Below are positions 9,128 through 16,535 of a stretch of DNA of 25,355 bases, in pieces. Positions within the stretch are counted from its first letter, which is position 1, and each line of letters begins with the position of its first letter. A program made the translations under genes and the position numbers. Source of the stretch: a bacterium (lineage in GTDB: Bacteria > Hinthialibacterota > Hinthialibacteria > Hinthialibacterales > Hinthialibacteraceae); assembly GCA_963663405.2 (NCBI GenBank), contig CAXXSM010000138.1, forward strand, positions 1-25,355, given 5' to 3'. The notes beneath the pieces were generated by a model. It saw nothing but the letters and a program-made list of their open reading frames with translations. It made no database searches and was not told the DNA's origin.

Positions 9128-9183
9128 GAGAAAGGCCGTTTTTATAGTGTAATAGTGTAAGATAAAACATTGATCGGAGGAAA

Positions 9184-10197
9184 ATGATGAAGTCTTTTTT
9201 TATCTTCTCAATCCTTTTCGTTGGTCTTTCCGTAAACGCATTTTCTCAGAACATTAATACGCCGGAGAACTTTCCTGATCCGAACTTTCGAGCGGCGGTG
9301 GAGGAATTTATGGGAGTGACGTCTGGCGGGGAATTCTCGGCGGCGGAAGCCTCTAAAAAAGATGGGACATTGGATTGTTCTGAGCGGGGTATTAAAGATT
9401 TTACTGGGCTTGAACTTTTCCCCGCTTTAATTGGATTCGACTGCGGGAACAATCCTTCAACCAATCTCGATGTCTCCAACAATACGGCTTTGACTAAACT
9501 CTATTGCGCCTTAAATCAATTAACCAGCCTGGATGTCTCCAACAATCTCGCTTTAACTCATTTCTGGTGCGGTATAAATGAATTAACCAGCCTGGATATC
9601 TCCAACAATCTCGCTTTAACTCAATTCAGGTGCGGTATAAATGAATTAACCAGCCTGGATGTCTCCAACAACACCGCTTTGACTTCTCTCGAATGCTGGA
9701 ACAATCAATTAACCAGCCTGGATGTCTCCAACAACACCGCTTTGACTTCTCTCGAATGCTGGAACAATCAATTAACCAGCCTGGATGTCTCCAATAACAC
9801 CGCTTTGACTTCTCTCGAATGCTGGAACAATCAATTAACCAGCCTGGATGTCTCCAACAACACCTCTTTGAAATCACTATCTTGCAGTGAAAATCAATTA
9901 ACCAGCTTCGATGTCTCAGGAGCCATTGCTTTGGAGTGGCTCGAATGCGGTGACAATCAATTAACCAGTCTTTCAAGTCTTGTAGCCAACGAAGGGCTGG
10001 GGGAAGTAGACTATGTGGATGTTCGAAACAATTACATTGGTTGTGTTGATCCAGATACCGCTATGAGTGATATCCAAATTCTTACGGCGCGTATTGGTGA
10101 AGCCGTCTTTAACGACTGGGGAGAACTTCGATCTGGTTTCGCTTTCGAGCCACAGAATGAATGTGAAACGGCGGTATTGGATTGGTCCTTGCACTGA
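9184..10197 (+). CDS. Secreted leucine-rich-repeat protein, long paralog (8 full 21-aa modules)
   Basis: GGAGG then ATG ATG; signal peptide ending AFS-Q; same N- and C-caps as the upstream paralog; ends ECETAVLDWSLH. Confidence 0.9.
   Translation: MMKSFFIFSILFVGLSVNAFSQNINTPENFPDPNFRAAVEEFMGVTSGGEFSAAEASKKDGTLDCSERGIKDFTGLELFPALIGFDCGNNPSTNLDVSNNTALTKLYCALNQLTSLDVSNNLALTHFWCGINELTSLDISNNLALTQFRCGINELTSLDVSNNTALTSLECWNNQLTSLDVSNNTALTSLECWNNQLTSLDVSNNTALTSLECWNNQLTSLDVSNNTSLKSLSCSENQLTSFDVSGAIALEWLECGDNQLTSLSSLVANEGLGEVDYVDVRNNYIGCVDPDTAMSDIQILTARIGEAVFNDWGELRSGFAFEPQNECETAVLDWSLH
9451..9954 (+). repeat. Eight tandem 63-bp LRR-coding units
   Basis: Units start at 9451, 9514, 9577, 9640, 9703, 9766, 9829 and 9892. 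Units 4-6 differ from each other by only 1-2 nt; units 2-3 form a second near-identical pair. Confidence 0.95.
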
Positions 10198-10406
10198 GGA
10201 AAAAGATGGTTTGAATTTACGGGAACAGGGATTTCTGTGAACTAGGGATTGGTTTCCATTTTTGTTTTTATATTTTCATCATCCTACAAAGTTCTCTTGC
10301 CAATTCAAGTAACTTTACGTCAAATTCTGCGGCTAGATCACTACATATTTCTTTTAAATCTTTCGATGCGCCCTTGTTAGACTGTTCTAAATTAGTAAAA
10401 GGACGC

Positions 10407-12086
10407 TTATCCGCCACTAGCGGCGCTGGCCGCGGTCAGGCCGTCGAGGAAGCCTTTTAGCCGCTGCGCCCGGAGCGGGTGGCGCAATTTACGGATCGCT
10501 TTCGTCTCAATCTGACGGACTCGCTCGCGTGTGATGCCAAACCGGTTTCCAACTTCTTCCAACTTTCGCGGTTGCCCGTCATCAAGACCATAGCGGAGCC
10601 GGAGAACGGATTCTTCCCGTTCCGTCAACGTTTCCAGGGCCTGGACGATCTCTGTTTCGAGGGAGTTGTGGCTGGCGGTGTCGACAGGTGAGATGACCGT
10701 CTGATCTTCAATAAAATCACCGAGAAAACTATCTTCACTGTCATTGATCGGCGTTTCGAGAGAGACGGCCCGTTGGACAACCCGCGCTAGCTTCATGTAT
10801 TTTTTTAAGGGGATATCGACCCGCACGGAAATCTCTTCCGGTGAAGGTTCGCGGCCGAGTTCCTGTTGGAGTTCTTCCGATGCTTTGGTAATTCGGTGCC
10901 AAGTGCCCTGTAAGCCGACAGGGATGCGGATATCGTGCGCCTGGCTCGCGCAGGCGCGGGAGATCGCCTGGCGGATCCACCAGGTCGCGTAGGTGCTGAA
11001 TTTGAAACCTAGCAAGTGATCGAATTTCTCCGCCGCCCGCATTAATCCGATGTTGCCTTCTTGAATCAGGTCCAAGAGATGGACGCCCCGGTGACGGAAT
11101 CCTTTGGCGACGGAAACGACAAGACGCAGATTGGCGCGGACGAGGTCCATTTTCGCCCGTTGAGCTTCCCGTTCTCCGCGGCGGATGATTTTATGCGATC
11201 GGAACAAGCGGACCGGATGTTCACCCTCGTCATAAAGCCGCTGGAGAATTTCTTTCATTTCCTTAAGGCGTTTGAGTTCTTTGGAAACGATCTCTTTTTT
11301 GACGTGAGAAACCTGGGCCAGCGAGTGAAGGGTTTTATCTGTGTACCGGTTTCGGGAGGCGAGGCGGTCGGATTGGCGGGGGGTGAGTTTAAAGAGTTTT
11401 TCAATCCGTTCGCATTCTTTAAACGCTCGGTCGGCTTGAAAGGCGCGGCGTTTCAAATCATCGGCGACTTCTTGAACGGTTTCCGGCGCGAAAGCGGCTT
11501 TGTAGAGATCCCCGCCGGTTTTGACAAGAATTTCTTTCGCTTTTTCCCAATCCGTTTCAAAGAGATCGATCGCGTCCTGTGATTTTGTAATCACCCGCGC
11601 AATGCGGCGGCGCAGATTGCTGACGAACCGGGTTGTATCTTTCTCTGTTTTAACATTATCCGGCGCGGAATTCATAATCACGTCGAGCCGCCGCCGCCCG
11701 GTTTTGACCTCATCGACAATGGCGATTAAATCTTCCAGGGCTTTGACGCTGTGCGCCACACCGACGCAGATCCGCCGTCTTCCATCCTGCATGCGCTGGG
11801 AGATTTCCTGTTCGCTTTCTTTGGTCAAGAGGGGAATACTGCCGATTTCGCGCAGATAGAGGCGCAGGCTGTTATGAGCCGATCGCCTGGATCCGCGCAT
11901 CCCTCGTTCGTCTATTCTTTCCAAGGAAGGGATGTCTTGAAACGCTATATTCCTTGTTTCGGGCGATAAAAACATCGAGTCCGTGACATCTTCATCTTCT
12001 TCCAGATCGATACCGATATTGAGGTCATCTTCATGAAAGAGGGTGTCCTCTTTATATAGGCTCGTTGAAGCAAGCGAGTAGGTCAT
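10407..12086 (-). CDS. RpoD-like sigma70-family RNA polymerase sigma factor (about 559 aa), probably not the primary sigma
   Basis: Region 1.2 [15 protein letters not shown]; region 2 [40 protein letters not shown]; region 3 VSLETPI; region 4 [17 protein letters not shown]. Start set to MTYSLAS (12086), with AGGAG upstream. Confidence 0.92.
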   Translation of the reverse strand: MTYSLASTSLYKEDTLFHEDDLNIGIDLEEDEDVTDSMFLSPETRNIAFQDIPSLERIDERGMRGSRRSAHNSLRLYLREIGSIPLLTKESEQEISQRMQDGRRRICVGVAHSVKALEDLIAIVDEVKTGRRRLDVIMNSAPDNVKTEKDTTRFVSNLRRRIARVITKSQDAIDLFETDWEKAKEILVKTGGDLYKAAFAPETVQEVADDLKRRAFQADRAFKECERIEKLFKLTPRQSDRLASRNRYTDKTLHSLAQVSHVKKEIVSKELKRLKEMKEILQRLYDEGEHPVRLFRSHKIIRRGEREAQRAKMDLVRANLRLVVSVAKGFRHRGVHLLDLIQEGNIGLMRAAEKFDHLLGFKFSTYATWWIRQAISRACASQAHDIRIPVGLQGTWHRITKASEELQQELGREPSPEEISVRVDIPLKKYMKLARVVQRAVSLETPINDSEDSFLGDFIEDQTVISPVDTASHNSLETEIVQALETLTEREESVLRLRYGLDDGQPRKLEEVGNRFGITRERVRQIETKAIRKLRHPLRAQRLKGFLDGLTAASAASGG

Positions 12087-12509
12087 CCGTTTTGACTCCT
12101 TATTACGCAGAAGGTCATCGAATCTTTCGAAAACCTTTCCATCACAGACAATCGCCGTAAGGTCCAAAAGTACCAGGATAGGATCCATTTATTGGAAAAT
12201 GCTATTCCAGCCGGTCTGGCTTTCGGTTGTACCGTTGATCGCCGTCTCCCCGATTGTATGGATTCATCTCCAGCGGATCACTTGTTGACCGAACGGTTGA
12301 CACCATTCAATAACGAAATAGCAATTAGCCGAATTTGCGGTTGATCGTTCTTATCTATGTTCTATTGTAGTGAATAGCCGCTCCTTATACTAAGCCACAT
12401 CTTTTTAGAATTCAGTCTATTACGATTTGTCTTCGGGTCAGCGGAAAAAGTTTCTTTTTTGCTAATCAGGAAAATCTCTTATATTTAACGTTACACAAAA
12501 GTCTATTAA

Positions 12510-12786
12510 TATAAACCATCATGACCGAGATCATAGCCTGCAAATGAAAATGAGTTGCGATAGAAATCATGAACGAGAAAGTCTCGGAAACTCATTTTCA
12601 TATAAACCATCATGATTGAGATCACAACTGCAGATGAAAATGAGTTGCGATAGAAATCATGAACGAGAAAGTCTCGGAAACTCATTTTCATATAAACCAT
12701 CATGATTGAGATCACAACTGTAGATGAAAATGAGTTGCGATAGAAATCATGAACGAGAAAGTCTCGGAAACTCATTTTCATATAAA
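12510..12786 (+). repeat. Three tandem 90-91-bp units, each containing the inverted repeat ATGAAAATGAGTT...AACTCATTTTCAT
   Basis: Units start at 12510, 12601 and 12691, with a 6-nt partial at 12781. Units 2 and 3 differ at one base. Confidence 0.95.
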
Positions 12787-13413
12787 ATATCTGCGATTTT
12801 ACATTCAGGAACCTTTTTGACGCCGCGTTTTTCACGGATTTATAAAAACGAAGATAATGGTTTCCACTTTTTTGATTGATATGCGGACCATTGTGTGAAA
12901 GGGCGGGATCAATGTTGGAGAAGCGTGAATGTTGATCTGGAATTGTGATGGAGTCCATATATATCTTTTTTTTACTAGGCGTTATCTTGAAAAGCGTAGT
13001 CATGAAAACCGGCGCCAGGAAAATCGATCCAGATCGTTTCCTGCAGCGTAATTGCATGAAAAACCTGCAGTTAGCGCTTCTCATCTCTCGTTCCCTCAAA
13101 AATAACACGCAAACACATGATATGTAAATATTTGTTCCTACTAATTCATTATCCTAAATAGATGGACAAATGGCAAGTATCTAACTGATTTTTTTACTAT
13201 TTTCTAAAAACGATTCTCTTCACGGGGGATTCTCTATTGAATTCAACGGGAAATAAGGGATTATTATTTTGTCCCGGCAAGGATCTGTTTTTGACGGAAC
13301 AATTTTCGATGATTTTACACAACTATAAAATAATCAATGAGTTTCTTTGTTTTTTGATTCAAGTTGTGATAGGATGAATAGTATTAAATCCATAAATTGG
13401 CTCATCCATTTAT

Positions 13414-13540
13414 ATGAAAATGAGTCTTTAAGGGCATGTAGGGTGGGTCGCGTCTTTATGAGGCGCCGATTACATGAATAATTCTCGTTCGAATTAGGCG
13501 CCCTACTCACGTAACTCATTTTCATTTGCAGTTGTGATCT
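13414..13540 (-). mobile_element. REPIN/MITE-like element of the ATGAAAATGAG family with GTAG-type REP motifs
   Basis: Inverted repeats at 13414-13424 and 13515-13525; internal gtagggtgggtcg and ggcgccctac; flank ttgcagttgtgatct is the reverse complement of the tandem-unit flank. Confidence 0.65.
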
Positions 13541-13546
13541 TAAATT

Positions 13547-14410
13547 ATGATGGTTCTAATAATGATGAAAGCGATTATCTATCAATTCGGATTATTGATA
13601 CTTCTAGTGACGCCCGTGGTTCTGGACCTGCAGGCGCAGGAAACCGGCGCTGTCAATGGGCGGCGGTTTGATGTTTTTCTATGGCCGGAGCGGGGAGGAT
13701 TGATCGATTGGGTCACTGCGCCTGAAATACTTGAAGAGCGTTTGGCTGGTTCCTGGTTTCAGGCGCTCATGCAAACCTATCTCCATCGGGACGTTCAGTT
13801 CCATTTTCCAAAGGATGATACCCTCGATACCTATAAAGAGCTCATTTTGAGTACTAAACCCAGCTGCGTCGAGGGAGATCCTCAATTTATTGAAGAAGAG
13901 ATCAATCGGAACCAAGCCGATGGTGATTACATCCCTTTATTGCGTGTTTTGCTTGAAGATAAGAATCCAAAGCCGATGCGCGGCATGATCGTGTATCCTG
14001 CCAAGGACGAGCCTTGGAAAGGGGTGTTGGGAGTCGTTCATCCCTCGCTGTATTTAAGCGGCGGGATTCAGATCGAATACTGGCGTAAACAAACCGGTGG
14101 AACGGTGGATTGGGTGTCATTCTATTCAACGCAGGAACTGCTGTTCCATCTGTTTGCCGGCACAATCCAAGCCGCGGCCGTTCCCGAAGGGATTCTGGAC
14201 CAATTCTTATTCGATCAGGGGAGAGAAGATCTAATTTCTTCCGTGCGCCGGATTCCGGTCCCGGCAAAGCGGAATTCCTACACCGTTCTCTTTTTACACC
14301 GCGAAATATATAACGATCCACTCCAGCGCGTATTGATTTCAGAAACCTGGCTGCGGGATCATTTCCCCGATCTCTTCCAACCGATTCCGGCGGTGGCGTT
14401 GGGTGAATGA
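13547..14410 (+). CDS. Exported protein, possibly a PhnD/SsuA-like type 2 solute-binding fold
   Basis: Signal peptide ending LQA-Q; segment YSTQELLFHLFAGTIQAAAVPE resembles the type 2 binding-protein motif. The start may be one of the later Met codons, and the fold call is weak. Confidence 0.5.
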   Translation: MMVLIMMKAIIYQFGLLILLVTPVVLDLQAQETGAVNGRRFDVFLWPERGGLIDWVTAPEILEERLAGSWFQALMQTYLHRDVQFHFPKDDTLDTYKELILSTKPSCVEGDPQFIEEEINRNQADGDYIPLLRVLLEDKNPKPMRGMIVYPAKDEPWKGVLGVVHPSLYLSGGIQIEYWRKQTGGTVDWVSFYSTQELLFHLFAGTIQAAAVPEGILDQFLFDQGREDLISSVRRIPVPAKRNSYTVLFLHREIYNDPLQRVLISETWLRDHFPDLFQPIPAVALGE

Positions 14411-14466
14411 ATGTTTAGGATATATCATTGGCTGGTTGGGTGATACGGAATAATATATATCTAATT

Positions 14467-14574
14467 TGTCTGAACCATGATTCAAAAGCCAGTCAGCTGG
14501 CGCTGTCTTAAAAGGATTATCATGGTTGAAAAATCAAGAAAATCATGCGAATCATGAAAATCAAGGTTCAGACA
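14467..14574. mobile_element. About 108-bp MITE-like element, copy A
   Basis: Ends tgtctgaaccatgatt and aatcaaggttcagaca (15/16 inverted match); homologous to 16311-16420. Confidence 0.7.
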
Positions 14575-14645
14575 TCGAAGAATTATTAACCTAGCAATCT
14601 CGTAGCGCCAACTTTTCTATTTTGTGAACTATTTATAAATTAATA

Positions 14646-16140
14646 ATGAATCCAGATTTATCTTCATATATTCAATCCCTTTGGAATGTGTCGGAGGAAC
14701 CGTTTCTTATCATTGAGCGGGATGGGTTGATTTTGGAACGGAGTCCGGAGGCGGAGCGTCTGTTTCCTTCTTCTGGTGAAATCGATTCGATTTTCGATTC
14801 TGTGGTGGAAATCGAGGCGCTTTCTGATGCGTTGGAAGATTCATTTAGTCAAAAACGATCCGTGTTGATTGAGCGGATCACGATCCGGAAACGCTTTGAT
14901 GAACGCGCTGAATGTTCTTTACGGATTTCTCCCTTGGAGCGTTCTTCCTCTGGCGAGCCGGTCAATTTCTTGATCGGCCTGACGGAAAAATCGAAGACGC
15001 TTGACGACTTGAAAGAACTTGCCAAGTTGAACGATGAGCGGGTTGAGCGGCTGCGCGAAAAACTCGCCATTGTCAGTGATGAATTGGTGGAAAAAACCAT
15101 CCAACTGGCGGAAGAGCAGAATAAGATTCTCGTCATCATTAATGGTATGCGGGACGCTTTGATCGGCTGTGACGCCGATGGAATGATCATTCAGCACAAT
15201 GAGACCGCGATTAACTTATTAACACTTCCTGACGAAGACCTCACAGGGCGGGCGTTCGCGGAGTTGTGCCCTGAAATCGCCCACGCCATTCATTTTGATC
15301 CCTCTCAGCCGGATACCATGCCCGGTGGAGAAATTGATCTTTCTCTAGGGGGAAGAGATCTCCGGGTGCGTATTTCTTCTCTTTTGGATGAAGGAGATCA
15401 ACCGTTTGGATTTGTTCTGATCGCGCAGGATCGAACCGAGCAAGCCGAAATCGATCGGATGAAGTCGGATTTAATCTCCATCGTTTCGCATGAACTCCGT
15501 TCGCCCCCTGACATCGATTGAAGGCTATGTGGAACTGCTTCTATCGGGGAACGCAGGCGGCTTGAATGAAAGTTTGAGAAACTATCTTTCTATCGTTTTA
15601 TCCAACGCCAACCGGTTGTCGAATTTGATTGACAATATGCTCGATCTTTCCCGCTTCGAAGCGGGCAAAATGGCAATGACCTTCAGCAAAGTCGATATCA
15701 AGTTCCTTTGTGATTACATCTTCACCACCATGAAACCGCAGGCGGAGAAAAAGAACCTGACATTCCAGCTCCAGGCCGATTCAACAGGCGCGGTCTCCGG
15801 CGATCTCGACCGGTTGCAGCAGGCGTTGACCAATATCATCTCTAACGCCATTAAATATACGCCGGAAAATGGGATCGTGACGGTGCAGACCGGGCGCCGG
15901 AACGGGCGTATTTATATCGCGGTCCAGGATACAGGAATTGGGATCAGCGCTGGACAGCAGAAAAAAATCTTCCAGAAATTCTTCCGGGTAAAGAACGACA
16001 AAACAAAGAATATCGGTGGAACCGGCTTGGGATTGTGCATTGTGAAATCGATCGTTGAATCGCACCATGGGAGAATCCATTTTGAATCCGTGGAAGATCA
16101 AGGTTCGACTTTCACAATTGAATTGCCGGTTTATGAATAG
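14646..16140 (+). CDS. Cytoplasmic PAS-domain sensor histidine kinase (HisKA + HATPase), split by one extra C at 15504-15508 (about 497 aa corrected)
   Basis: Removing one C restores the H-box VSHELRSPLTSIEGY. N box NIISNAIKYT, G1 DTGIGI, F box IFQKFFRV, G2 GGTGLGL; two PAS-like segments; no TM helix seen. Confidence 0.9.
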
Positions 16141-16167
16141 GTTGAAGGTTGAAGACTGAAGGCTGAT
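16141..16167 (+). repeat. Heptamer tandem repeat, copy 3
   Basis: gttgaaggttgaagactgaaggctgat, directly after the kinase stop codon. Confidence 0.7.
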
Positions 16168-16263
16168 GGTTTTTCCATTGGTCTTCGACCTCTGGATTAT
16201 TGATTTTGTGGATTTTAAATGATTGCGGGGATGATCTTGGGAGAATCAACCGATGAGTTTTTT

Positions 16264-16475
16264 TGTCAGAATCAGGATAGACAGGATAAAAGGATAGGCA
16301 GGATTTTTTTTCTGAACCATGATTAAAAAAGCCAGCCATCTGGCGCTGTCTTACATGATTTGCCTAATTTTCTTGATTTTAATCATGGTAATCCTTTAAT
16401 CCTTAGAATCATGGTTCAGACAATCACGTCATGATAAACCTTTCTCCTATTATCCTGTCTATCCTGATTCTGACA
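16264..16475. mobile_element. Outer MITE-like element with perfect 26-bp inverted repeats enclosing MITE copy B
   Basis: tgtcagaatcaggatagacaggataa (16264-16289) and ttatcctgtctatcctgattctgaca (16450-16475). Confidence 0.7.
16311..16420. mobile_element. About 110-bp MITE-like element, copy B (nested)
   Basis: Perfect 14-bp inverted repeats tctgaaccatgatt / aatcatggttcaga; shares aaaagccag.ca.ctggcgctgtctta with copy A. Confidence 0.7.
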
Positions 16476-16535
16476 GAATTATATTCGCAGACACAAGCCC
16501 TGCCCTGCACGGATAGCCATCTTGGATCGAAAGAT

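Noticed and set aside
9451-9954. CRISPR array or diversity-generating retroelement target
   Set aside because: The units are in-frame LRR codons. Differences are not restricted to adenines, and no reverse transcriptase or template repeat is in the window.
12087-12188. Longer start for the sigma factor
   Set aside because: AGGAG is well placed before the ATG at 12086, and the extension does not resemble region 1.1.
12317-12335. Second sigma54 promoter upstream of the sigma factor (shares aatagcaattagc with 3892-3904)
   Set aside because: The -12 TTGCT is present but there is no GG at -24.
12510-12786. CRISPR array
   Set aside because: The would-be spacers are nearly identical to each other, the constant part is about 60 bp, and no cas genes are present; this is a tandem repeat.
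12506-13108. 200-aa ORF with a repeated MKMSFRDFLVHDFYRNSFS peptide
   Set aside because: It is a translation of the 90-bp non-coding repeat; there are no recognisable protein features.
16431-16535. Signal peptide on the glycosyltransferase
   Set aside because: The hydrophobic stretch is encoded by the right arm of an inverted-repeat element (16450-16475).
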